A stretch of 64,000 nt of DNA from Octopus vulgaris (taxonomy: Eukaryota). The notes below the pieces were generated by a model. That model did no database searches. It was not told the origin of the DNA and saw only the letters and a list, made by a program, of their open reading frames with translations. The stretch spans positions 137,888,001-137,952,000 of the forward strand of contig OX597815.1 in the NCBI GenBank assembly GCA_951406725.2, in the 5' to 3' direction. The translations under genes were made by a program, and so were the position numbers. The number at the start of each line of letters is the position of its first letter. The first letter of the stretch is position 1. Positions 1 to 12,700 of this stretch are shown piece by piece.

Positions 1-84
1 AAGTTTTCTTCCTTCACATTTGTTTTGTTCTTTTACAACCAGTAAAGTATTGTTTGGAAGTATTCCAAGCCCTGTGTTCTTATA

Positions 85-631
85 TTAATCGTCTGGAAGC
101 CGTTCAGTGATGTGCAACCAAAAGAATACCCTCCATCAGGCATTTGCTATATTCTGAACGCCTTACTTCCCTGGGCATGGACACATTGGAACTCCGACAT
201 CTGGCAGCTGACTTGGCAGACACCCATAAAATTATTAACCATCTTATAAACAATAACTCTGAGCACCTTTTCAAACTCCACCCGTCTAACACCCGTGGAC
301 ATATTTACAAAGTCAGAAAACAGCACAGCTCCCATGACTTTAGGAAACATTTTTTCACGCTGAGAGTTGCTGAAGCATGGAACAAACTGCCGGCATCAGT
401 TGTTAGTTGTTGGAGCACTGCATCCTTCAAAACTTCCATGCTTTCTGAGATTCGCCAACACTACACCTGATTTTCTCCCCTCCATACACACACAAGCATG
501 TATCTGACTCATATATTGTTTGCTTTCCAGACATTTGTACATTACTGCATATACTTTATACGCACTTTCTGACAAGTTGTGGTGCACCTGAGCACTGTAT
601 ACAATAATTTCATTATTATATTATTATTATT
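85..631 (+). mobile_element. 3' end of a CR1/L2-clade LINE (ORF2 C-terminus, 3' UTR, (TTA)n tail)
   Basis: ORF 144-470 has CR1-type C-terminal motifs (YSERL..L..LELR..ADL..HKI, TRGH..K, RKHFFT.RV..AWNKLP..VV, FK). Ends in a tta repeat. Confidence 0.85.
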
Positions 632-1789
632 GAAAGAGTAATTGATCCTTGAAAGTCACATTAATTGCATTGATAGAGTTAAAGAACTAATGGATAGATT
701 GAGAGTTTATGTCCCAATACTGTGCTATGTTTACAACCAAAATAGTCAATTCTCTCAAATGATTCAAACTACCTAGACTGAAAGTGTATATCATGGGTAG
801 TGTCTCTCACTGCTGGTACTATAAACAATAGGAGAATTGGCTAATCAAGATTTCATTAGCATGTAGTGTAGAATATAGTATAGCTTGGAGAAGGTATCTC
901 CAAGCTGACTCATACTTCTCAAAGTTAATTGCAGGTGCCACTATGGCCTTGTGGATAATGCAACTGCTGCAGTAAATCCCAAAGTTACTTAGGGTTTAGT
1001 GAATCACCAGAAACATTCACTAGTTGAATGGTTACATTTAATTCAAAAAAGCATGTTTCTATGAAATGTCTTTATTTAAGCCAAAGATGGGGTGTCAAAA
1101 GTTCTTGATTTATACTGCTTTCCTTAGAAAACTGATGCAATGTTGTGGCAGAACAATAAAAAACCAAACTGAGGACCTTAGTTGAAGGAAGAAATAAGAA
1201 ACCTGATAGACTGTTAGTTTTGAGGTTAGACTGAAGTTCTGCAAGGAAAGAATTCTTAAGAGCTGCAATTCTTAAGGAATCAGATTGTTTAGTATGGCTT
1301 AGAGAAATGTCACAAGAGACCAGTAGGTTTGCTCACAGGTTGCTAGTTCAGAGAAGTAAAACTGTTGTAACTTAGAGAAAATGTTAAACTTCTGAGTAAG
1401 CATTAAAAAAGGTAAATGATTCAGAAACAATGTTAAATAATTTGAAATGATAATTTAGTCTCACTTGAAGCACAACCATTTCTAACACTAAGAAGAAAAT
1501 GTGTATTTGTGTATTGCATCTTCTGTCAACATAATATTGTTTTGATAGAAGATATTGATGGGTAAGTAATTGACGTGTTGGTGAATATGGGCTAGTATGT
1601 GAAGTAGTAGCAGCAGCAATGTTTCGTGAACAGTACTTGAATATGAATCTTACTTGAGCTTTGTTGCAACTGGATCAGGAGAAAAGTGTTTTTCGATTCT
1701 GTAAATGAAGTCTATTACAATGTAGTTTAATATATATATATATACTAATCATTCTATCATTATTTGATACCTCTCTTCTATGGGTTAGG

Positions 1790-2660
1790 TGATTTGATAC
1801 GATTTGAGGAGTTAGAGTATTGTACTTCGGTATCTGTTATGGCAAAGTTTCTATAGTTGGATGCCACGTTACAGAGTGTACTGGGCACTATTTCTTTTCT
1901 TTCTGTGCCACCAGCACTAATAAGGTCGCCTTGTAGCTTGTAAAAGTAAGATTCCCCTCGACTGAACAGGATTATAGTAGAGAGGGGTGGCTTTATGTTA
2001 GGTGTTGAAAGGTTTAAAGTATGAAAGAGAACAGGAACAACTTTCTTGCTCTAAAGGAGATGGTTACCTTGCATTATACAAGAGTAATTAGGGTGGAACT
2101 GGAAAGAGAAATAAAGTAGGTAGTGACATTATATCAGGGTGAGCTCTCAAGATACAAGGTGAACAGAAAGAGTAATGACTGATGAATGAAAAGGGTAAAT
2201 GATTGGAAGTTGTCAGAGTATAGGGAAAGGACGTGATAGTTAAAGATGGAGTAGGGGTGAAGTGAATGGTAAACAATGGTGGTGAGGTGCTTATTGATAT
2301 ATATGAGTTGGAGGAGAGAATAGGTGATGACTAGCAATACAGGAAGAGTGAAGAACAGCAGAATAGTAATACAATAGGGGAAGAATGAGAGAAAAGACGA
2401 CATGGGTGGATAGGTTGGAAGAGTGAGAGATAGCATATAAGAGTGATCAATGTAAAATATAAGTGGGGAGGGACGATGTAAAGAACGAAGGATGATGTCG
2501 AAGTGGTTCTAGGTGATAACTGATAGCACAGAAAAGACAATGGAACATGTAGCTCTGCTCTCAATAATAATAGCAAAATCTGCAGTAGTTAGGCAAATGA
2601 TGGATGGAGGAGTGATAGAAAGATGTAGGGTAAGAGAGAACAGGGTCAAGTTAGGTGGGT
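1790..2660 (-). mobile_element. Decayed LINE 3' UTR / SINE-like tail
   Basis: Purine-rich on +, mirroring the pyrimidine-rich LINE 3' UTR at 27330-28400. Contains the tail motif tttctatagttggatgcc shared with other copies in the window. Confidence 0.4.
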
Positions 2661-3171
2661 GGCCCATTTAAATATGTATACATTATGCTTCCAGAATCTC
2701 AGTGTAGCCAAGGTAGATGATTCTTCTCAAACACTGCATATTGCCAATCATCTTGGTTATATATGAAACATCAGATCACTATGAGAGAATATTGGAGATT
2801 ATGACTTGAGAGAATGTAAATGTTTTAGTGGCATGTTGTTGCTTTGTGTTTTTACTCAAAAAGTGTAGTAACTCATGAGAGAAACCAAATTGTTTTCAAG
2901 GAATTCCTGGAACGTTTAGGTTTTTAGTGTTCACTCAAATTTGAATGAGGATTCTGACATTTTCTTTAGGTTTCGTAAAGTTAAATTTTTTGTGATATGC
3001 TTTGCAAATTATTAATAAAAATGAAATGTATTCAAAAATAATGTGAGATACTTGATAGTTTACCCTATTGCAAACATAAACAATAACATGTGTAATCTAT
3101 CCTGGTGTATGAGTAATTGGTTCATACAATTTCAATACCATCCTTCTTACCAGCAATATTCAAGTCACTTT

Positions 3172-3390
3172 AAGGTAGAAAGCTGGCAGAATCATTAGCA
3201 TGCCAGGCAAAATGCTTAGTGGCATTTCATCCACCTTTATGTTCTGGGTTCAAATTCCAAAGAGGTTGACTTTGCCTTTCATCCTTTCAGGGTTGATAAA
3301 ATAAGTACCAGTTGAAAACTGGGCTTGATGTAATTGATTTACACCCCTGCCCTGAAATTGCTGGCCTTGTGCCAAAATCTGAAAACCAAT
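3172..3390 (+). mobile_element. tRNA-derived SINE
   Basis: A box (gctggcagaat) and B box (gggttcaaattcc), core gcctttcatcctttc-gggt-gataaaataagtaccag. Related copies at about 18262-18430 (+) and 24835-25050 (-). Confidence 0.75.
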
Positions 3391-6300
3391 ATTTGAGTTG
3401 CTTATCAAATTCAGATAAAAAAAAAAAAAGGAATAAAAACCACATTCCATTTTGAAATGAGACTGAAAAATAAGGTGCCACCTACAGTACCTGAAAAAAA
3501 ACACCACAAACATTCACTAGAACTATTATCAGCCAAAATAAGAAAAACTATAACATCAACAAACAAGTTATATAGATTTCTAGGGCAGCAGTGAGTTGGC
3601 AGACTAAAATTTTTGCAGTATTTAGCTACAAAGTCTAGATTAGGAGTTCATATACTAATTTACGAAGGATTTGTAATATAAAGACCTCTATTCAGCCCCA
3701 TCCAACTGTTGGCAACCCCATCTCATTAAAAAGGAAACTAGTTTGTTTAGTCAGTATCAGCAAAAACTGTACTCTCATTCTCTTCTATTTAAACATATCC
3801 ATACACCAACTAAAGTATTTGAATCATTCAAAATAGTAACCACAGTGCATTAGCATCTTATCCATAGATCAACTAACAAGGCTGATGCACTATAAGACTA
3901 TCTTGCCATGTGAACAGTATGGTAGCTGTCTGTTCTGTTCCAGCCTACACAGTTCCTAAACTTAGAGCTAACTGACCATATATGTCTAGACACATAAACA
4001 ATACACCACCTCAAAATCCTTTTAAAGATATTTCTCTTACATAACAGTAGATATTATTGCTCTGAATAGTCATACTTGATCTAAATTCTGAACTCTTGAG
4101 TTGTCATTCTCTTTCAATAAATTGCAAAATATTCTGTATATACATATACTCCAACAACACATGGTTAGCCAATGTATAGCAGTATTCACAGACTGAACAG
4201 ATATCTGAGTTGAAAATCTTCTGATCTGAAAGTATTTGATATTTTGCCACCATGTCATATGCGCTGCTTGTGATACCCAGACTTGCCTACGAGCAAAATT
4301 AACATCTGGGAACTGACTTATGGGAGAATGAACAATGAACATCCTTCCTAAACCATAGTCAAGAACCTGATGAAGGGCTATGGAGCCATGACTGCTAACT
4401 TAGGACACTGATGATGGCAGAACGGGATAAATGGCATGTCTGTCATTGTGATCAATGCAAGTAAAAATTGTAGTCAATAATTAGTGTATACTTATCATCA
4501 GCTAACAAGCAAGTCAAAGATTTAAGAAAACAAATGAATTTTAATAATCTCTTTTTTTATTGGCATTTTCATTCAAAAATTACTTTAAAAAAAAAAAAAG
4601 AAAGAAAAATATCATATATATATAATATATTATAGTTTTCATTTAAGACTGTTGACAAGAGTGTACAAGCAGTCTTACTATTTCTTGTGATTGAGGAAAT
4701 ACTTCCTTGTAAAGGACAGATGTTGATAGAGATTCATCTTACAAGCATTTTTTTTTTTTCTTATTGGAACGGTATTACTTTCATGCAAGCAAAGTTATTT
4801 AGACATTTTTGTTTTGTTGTTTGTTAAAAAATAAGATACTTTTAACATAGTAAATTATTTCATCTCAAACATTCATAAGCACAAACATGCAAGATTACCT
4901 CATATATACCTTAATTTTTGTGAGAATAAATGGTATTAAAATAACATTTCAGAAATGATAATCCACTTTTGAATGTAATTCAAAAATTAGGAATGAAGAA
5001 TGTACATTCTTCAACTAAGACAGGATAAAATAAAATATAAAAACAAAAAACAATTTGGATTCGTTCCCAATTAATGAAAACAAAATAACATCACTGTTTT
5101 TACAAGATTAAAACATCCCAACAATGTTATAGAAACTTTCTTTTGAAGTTTGTAAGAAAAATTAAAAGTGGAATTAATTTTTCTTTTGGGAGCACTTAAA
5201 AGAAAATATTAAAGTAGAAAATGACAGCATGACAAATAATAACTGGAAAACTGGTAAATAATAAACAAACAAAAATTTGTTTATTTATAGGAAGAGGAAA
5301 TTGGTTGATTTTATCAAAATACATTTTTGTTTGTTCTTTACCAAGAAACAAAGAAATAAACAATTCAAATAAGTACCAAGTGAAAATAATCTTTACTTTT
5401 TTGTTATATTAGGGAGCTCAAAATTCCTCTTAAAGAATACTAAGACATCTAGTGTTTGTAACATGCATAGAATGTTACAATTATTTTAAGACACAAAGAA
5501 TCTTGCTAACAACTCTTGAAATATAATTCAGATTTCACCAAAGAGGTATTTAATTCAAAGAGCTAACACAGGCACCACAAACTGTTGTCTAAGTACAAAA
5601 ATAATAACTAGATATTTTATTATTAATAGAATTTGACCAACTCAGCATCAAGGCTATATATAAGGAAATTCTGCTGTGTTTTATTACTAGCATCATTAAA
5701 AGATATAGTCTAACAGAGTTCAACATCTTGTCAGGGGCATTTTACATGAAAAGGACAGATTTACCATTAAAAATACCTCCAAATAAAGCAAAAATAGAAA
5801 TACATTTTTATGAACATCTGATAAGAGAAACTGCATTTTCTTTCCATTAGTTAATATGGCATAATTTATATGTAGTGATTGTTGTTGTTTGTGGTGGTGG
5901 TGGTGGTGGTGGTGGTAAGCCATGTATTAAGGCATTGGGCCTACTGGTAGATTTTCAAGTTAGAAATACACTGGAGTGGATTTTCTTGTTCTTTCAGGAC
6001 ACCAAAAACATTTGAAAATAATATTGTAGGATAGAAAAACTCAATTTGATAGTGCTGTCATTGCTTACAGAAGTGAACTATGTATTACTGTTATACTTAC
6101 TTAAGATTGGTAACCTTAACTAAAATCTTTGGACCATTGACTCAATGGTTGTCTGATACCATGCTATATCAACTAGGTCATTCTCTATTTCTGATAATTT
6201 TTATACATATATTACATGTATGTATGTGCATTTAAGCATATGTGTGCATCTGACTATGTATATTAATAATCAACTCACAGCTCCCAAGAAATGCTTAAGA

Positions 6301-7569
6301 AAACAAGACATATTTTGTAAATTTAACAATAAATCTAATGTCATTATTTGGTTATTACATATATTGATATTTATAATGTAAGGTCACATCTTCAGTAATA
6401 ATAATAGTTTTTTTACTATTACATAAACTAAAACAATAGCAGTAAATTCTTCATAAAATTTGAATTTTAATTATAAAATACAAAAAAACAACTGTCACAT
6501 AATAAAAACATGTATTCAAAAGATGATAAAAATCTTGATAACATCAGTTGGAAAGCAACAGAAAGTTTTAATGGTAATTCTCAGAAATGAATCAAGTACA
6601 AAATTTAAGATAAATATAAAAGAAGGGAAAAGGGACTTATGACATTTCTACCATCCTAAATAGTATTAGAGATGTTAGTGAAAGCAGGTGACAAACTGTT
6701 CAGAATCTTCAGCTCAACAATGTTCACCAGAGATAAAAGAATATTAAATGAGTGATAAAAACTTGCATTGTTATAAAAACAAATCGACTTTATAAAGAGA
6801 TAAGTTACAGTGTAAAATTTAAAACAATATTAGTAAAGGAATAAAATAAATCATATTAGATATTATAACCATATAAAGCCCTAATTATGGATTTAATATC
6901 ATAAGGAAGCAAGCTTGTTTTCTGAAATATAATTGATTTAGTTTCAACATACAGATTACCTAATTAGCTAAGGTAGGTAAAAGATTTGTTGTTTGGCTGT
7001 TTTTATGTCTATTTTTCTAGACAGTTTCTCTTTTGGCGCAAGTAGTTTTACAACTGAGTGTCTTAGCTACTACTACGACTACTACTACCATCTCAGACAT
7101 GAAGTAGAGGAAGAAATACTGAGGCTAGCAGAGTTAAAAATCTTGCCCACAGGCATAGCACAAAAGCTGCAATAAGGTTTGTAGTCTGTTTATCATCTTA
7201 CTCAAACCGTCATTTTTGCCCTCAGTTTTTATTTGATATTATTGGTAATTACTATATTAACAGATAATTAATAACAAAGAAAACAAATGGAAGTAATTCA
7301 GTAATAAAAAAAAAAAATGTCTTAAATATTTGAGATATATTTCTGACATTTTCTAAAACATTTCTCTCTACTCATCCTCATTTACAAATTTATCAATTAT
7401 GTGATTATTTGACATGGTTATTGTCTTTCAATCGATAATGTTATCTTTATACAAAATAACAGTTATCATAAAATCGGCTTATAGATAGTAAAATAATAAA
7501 CAATATTTAACAGCAGAAGGACATTGTAACAGATTATGTTAACCAGGTGCACTTTTACTCCTCTCCATG

Positions 7570-7604
<35 letters not shown>

Positions 7605-8110
7605 AAAAGTGAATAAAAGAAAATGGAGGAGAAAAAACATAATAGATGCTTGGTTCATTTTATTTATTAGCTAGATTTTAAACGATCAATTTCTAATCAC
7701 ATAAACTCTGTGTCCTAATTAGTTGTTGTTTACATTTGAAAATTCCTAAACATAGTCCTCAAATAAGTTATTTCGTAATTCAAGATGTGAAGATATACTT
7801 ACATTTGCTGACAATATCTAGCAATATGTCATTTATTACATCCTTAAAAGTTACAATATTGACGAGTCAAACATGCTGTCAGATTGAAATATATGTAGAA
7901 TTTGTTTTGTTGATGCGGTTCCTTTTATACTTGTTCTTATAGGTATATCTTTTAATTTGCATTATTTTCCATTGTGATACAAATAAAATGAACCAGGCAT
8001 CTATTATATTTTCTCTTCATTTTCTTTTATTTACTTTTTAATTTATAGAAATATATGTAAAGGCGGTGCTCCAGCATAGCCACAGTCAAATGACTGAAAC
8101 AAGTAAAAGA

Positions 8111-8172
8111 ATATATATAAATATATATATATATGTATATATACATACTTATATATGTACATATATACATTC

Positions 8173-8205
<33 letters not shown>

Positions 8206-8392
8206 TATATATATATACATATATACACATATATATACATACATATATATACGTTTATATATACATATATATACATACATATATATACGTTTATATATAT
8301 ATATATATATATACATTTATATATATATATACGTTTATATATATATATATACATATATATACATTTATATATATATATACATATATATACAT

Positions 8393-8423
<31 letters not shown>

Positions 8424-8551
8424 TTATATATACATTTATATATATATATACATATATATACATTTATATATATATATATATACATATATATACATTTATA
8501 TATACATACATATATATATACATATATATACATACATATAAATATATACAT

Positions 8552-8614
<63 letters not shown>

Positions 8615-8687
8615 CATATATATATACATATACACATATATGCATACACACACACACACACACATATATATATGTATATATATATAT
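8111..8687. repeat. Long imperfect (TA)n/(CA)n microsatellite following a SINE tail (8060-8110)
   Basis: Direct inspection. It is the source of the spurious YIYI ORFs. Confidence 0.97.
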
Positions 8688-9295
8688 TGAAAAGAAAATG
8701 AAGTTAATTAAATTATAATTCAGTTCATTACATATTGAAAACATAAGACCAATGAATAATCAATTTAAGCTAAAGAACAAAAGAATTAGTGACCAGTGTC
8801 TGTTAAATAAAACAACTGTTCAGAAATACTAGCTCTTACAAAACTGCTGTCAATAAATGACTATTCTAACTCCTTTCTATTTGTGAAGAAGTTAGAATCT
8901 CAATTTCTTGAAGAATTGCAGCAATGTTGATGCCAGTTGGGGAAAGAAGGAAAGGGTAAAACGAAGGTAGCATATATTGTTTATTTATAGATAGTCCCAG
9001 CATCTACCACTATTAAAAATGATATTAGGCAGTATCAGAAACCAGCAGTTTGATCACCTGCATGTTTTAGGCTGAAAGATGAACCAGAGATATTAAAATC
9101 ATAGTATCTGAGTGACAGTCTGTGAATGTGTGTGTGTGTGTGTGTGTGCATGTGTGTGTGTGTGTGTGTGTATGTTTGTATCCCTAGTGCCTTTAGTTAC
9201 TTCTGTACCTTGATTTCGAGCAAGTAACCAAGAATTTGGACACAGTGATTTTCAGCAATCTTTCATAGAAGCTAGAAACTATATTATGTGCTTAA

Positions 9296-9296
<1 letters not shown>

Positions 9297-9372
<76 letters not shown>

Positions 9373-9475
9373 TATATACATATATATATACATATATATA
9401 TACACGTATATATAATATACATATACACATATATGTATATAATATATATATATGCATAAACATACATACATATAA
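9297..9475. repeat. (TA)n microsatellite; (TG)n at 9127-9172 nearby
   Basis: Direct inspection. Confidence 0.95.
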
Positions 9476-9605
9476 GTATGAGGTATGCATGTTTTGTTTT
9501 TTATTTTTTTCTTTGTTTGGTCTTTGCTAATTATTCTTCCTAGAGAGAATAACAAACAGGAAGAATTGTATATTTTGGGAACTGGTGTATATGATGATAA
9601 AGTAA

Positions 9606-9776
9606 TTATATTACTTCCACATAAGTAGCAGGAATCAGGCCTGTTTGATTGTTCGAATTCTGGGCTGTCCACCAGTGAAGGTCATGCTGATCAAGAATAT
9701 CAATTACTTCTCCTTTTTTGAAGCTTAATTCATCACTTCCTCGAGCATTAAATTCATAGATTCCACGTGCTTTTAC
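9606..9776 (-). CDS. GRB2-like: GRB2-like last coding exon: C-terminal SH3 domain and stop
   Basis: Acceptor tctacag|GTA. Encodes YEF..DELSFKKGEVI..WW..GLIPATYV; TAA at 9608-9606. Confidence 0.93.
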   Translation of the reverse strand, partial: VKARGIYEFNARGSDELSFKKGEVIDILDQHDLHWWTAQNSNNQTGLIPATYVEVI

Positions 9777-12700
9777 CTGTAGACATTGAAAATAAAATAA
9801 TGGATACTGTTATTGTTTGAAAAACTTTCGATATAATTAATAAATATACATTTCTCAACTTTCCTGCTGGTACAGCATTAGAAATTACCACAAGTAAAAT
9901 ATCATTTTTGCTTATCTCAAGCCTCAACACTTTATTACACAGTAAATACCATCTGCTTTTCCTGATGATACCAATACTTTTTTTTTCTTATTTTATTCCC
10001 ATTCTCACTGCTGATGGTTGGAGACAATGGAGGCATGCACCATCTCTCTCCAGACCGTAGTTGCACATTCAGCCAGAAGTCTTCTGGTCCATTCTTTGGT
10101 GTAATCCACTAGTATCCCCTGTCTTCCTCTTTCTCATTTCCCATTGACTCTTTTCACAAGGATATGGAAGCTGAGGTTTTGGGCCCTGATGATATGCCCA
10201 AAATATTGCAGTTTTCTCTTCCTGACAGTTTGCCTATCTTCAAGAACTAACGCATTTGTTCGATGGTCAGTCCAAGTGATCCTCAATATTCTTCTATAGC
10301 ATGCTGTCTCAAATGCTTTAAGTTTGATAGTGTCATTTGCCCTTATTGTCCAGCTTTCACATCCATACAATGCAACAGGCCAAACTAGTGTGTTCAGAAG
10401 CCATAATTTGATATTCTTGTTAAGAGCTGCTCTGTCTTTTAAGATTTATTGAGTGATTTTAAAGCTGAGCTGACAAGGTAGAAGTAAAAGTACATGGCTG
10501 AGACCACACAACTGTGACAAACTCCTTTTTTGATATAGAACCATTCTGTGTGTTCCCTCTCCACACTGTAAGCTTGCTAGTTGGCTCTTGGAGAGATTAC
10601 TAAACAGGGTGACAACTTTACTATTCACACGCATCCTCTTCAGGACAGACTAGCAGATTCTATGTATCGCTGAGTCAAATGCCTTTTTGTAATTTGTAAT
10701 GGTTACATACAGAGGGACATTGAATTCTCACACTTTTTCCATGATGATCTTTAAGTTCAATATTTGGTCTCTTGTTTTTACATTTTTTCAAAATCACATT
10801 TGTACTTCTGAAAACTGTTTCTTCACAATTTCCTCTGTCTTCTGTAACAAAATCCACAGAAGGGACTTGTTTGTGTGGTTGATTATAGCAACAGTGCAAG
10901 AACTGGCTCCTGAGGCTTGGAATGATTACTGATCTGACCTAGTTTAATGGCCAGTCACCACTGTCAAGTATCTTAAACTTTACTGAACTTATAGTTCTAT
11001 ATTTAAGAGATGAGGAATTATGTACATTATTTACATTAGTTATATTTGACAGATATTTTTCCTCATCTTGCTTGTTGTTAACACAGTGTTTTGGCTGATA
11101 TACCCTCCAGCCTTCATTAGGTTCGAAATTTCCCCAAGATGAAGGCTGGAGGGCATATCAGCCAAAAAGTTGTGTTAACAACAAACAAGATGAGGACAAA
11201 TATCCATCAAATGTAAATAATGTACTTTACTGAACTTGATAACTAAATGAAAATTTCTTGAATCACATCAAATTCCTTATAACAACAGAGAATTAAATAA
11301 TTATAGCAAAGTTTCAAGAAATATATATGCCTCTCATTTAAAACTTTAGTTTCAGATATTGGTCTGTAACAAAGTTATCACACAACTAGAGATTGCTTAG
11401 CAAGTATTTTGGTGATAATATTTAGAAAGCAGTCGAACATAAAGAAAGCAGAAGTATTTATTGAAGAAGTATAAGAATTATTTATAAATAAAAGGTCAAA
11501 TCCATTAGCACAACTGAAATACAAAAATAAAACAAAACCTTTTAATAGTGAGATTAGAAATTCATTATTTGCTATCACAGACATAGTTCAACATCTTGCA
11601 ATAAGTTTGCAGTCCAGACTTGCTGAAGAAAGATTGTGTGTTTTTCATCACCCTTAGGTGCAACATGATTGTATCTTCTACTGTAACCCAAGGCCAATCA
11701 AAGGCTTGAGTGGATTTGGTAGACAGAAACTAAAAGAATCCCATCCTCTGAGTGTGTGCATGCATACGTGCATGTGTCTCTCCTTGTCTTGACATCATAT
11801 GATGGTTGTAAATGTCACTATCATTCAAGCAGTGTCATTTATTTTCAGTCTTCCATGAAAATATATCTAACCCAAAGATTGCTCAGAATCATATAACTTG
11901 GAAACAGGTGAAGGTTGGTCACAGGAAGGGCATCCAACTGTTGAAAATCTACCTCAATGAATTCCATCTGACCCATGCAAGCATGGAAAAGTGGACATTA
12001 AAACAATGATGATGATTAATAATGAAAAGGAAAATTACTGAAATTGTGATACTTGGTGCTGATGCTCAGAATCACTAGTATTAATTTTATCAAGTAATAT
12101 CATTTAAATTGAATATCAATGAAATAAAATTTTCTTGCGCTAGCTGTTAAATCATTCAAGTTAATCATGCTGGTACTGGAAGGTTTGTGAAAGCCATCAA
12201 TACATCCATTCCTCCAGCCCATGTCATTAAAAATAGTAAATCATTTATGACACAACTAGTCATGAAAAAAAGAACTTTTCCTCCCTAACAAAATGGAAGA
12301 TGCTAGATTGACATAAGTTTCAAGTGGAATCTTTTCATTATAAGCTTCAAGGAAGCTAAAAATATACACATACTTGAATATATATGCAATATTTCTTTCG
12401 ACATCTAAGTCAAGTGGGATTCACAGCTAAATTCAATGTGATCTTCATGTTTCTTTATGACTTGAGTCACAACAATTAAATACACACACACACACACACA
12501 AATGTAGTTCTAGGAACTTGAGATCAACTGGTTAAGAGATTTTATATTCAAACAGTAAACATTGGTCAAATGTCAGAACTAAACTTAATCTAAAACAGTA
12601 ATTCTTAACCAATTTTAGCTCTCTCTTTCAACTCTGATAATAAATCTGACAGTAATGACTCAATAGTCATAGAAATGCAAAGGATGCAAATTGAAAGTCA

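Noticed and set aside
4367-4395. CTGATGA followed by a gggct/agcc stem (hammerhead-like)
   Set aside because: No GAAA core, and no stem I/III support.
8043-8744. Long overlapping ORFs (YIYI/HTHT-rich)
   Set aside because: Translations of a TA/CA microsatellite; not protein-coding.
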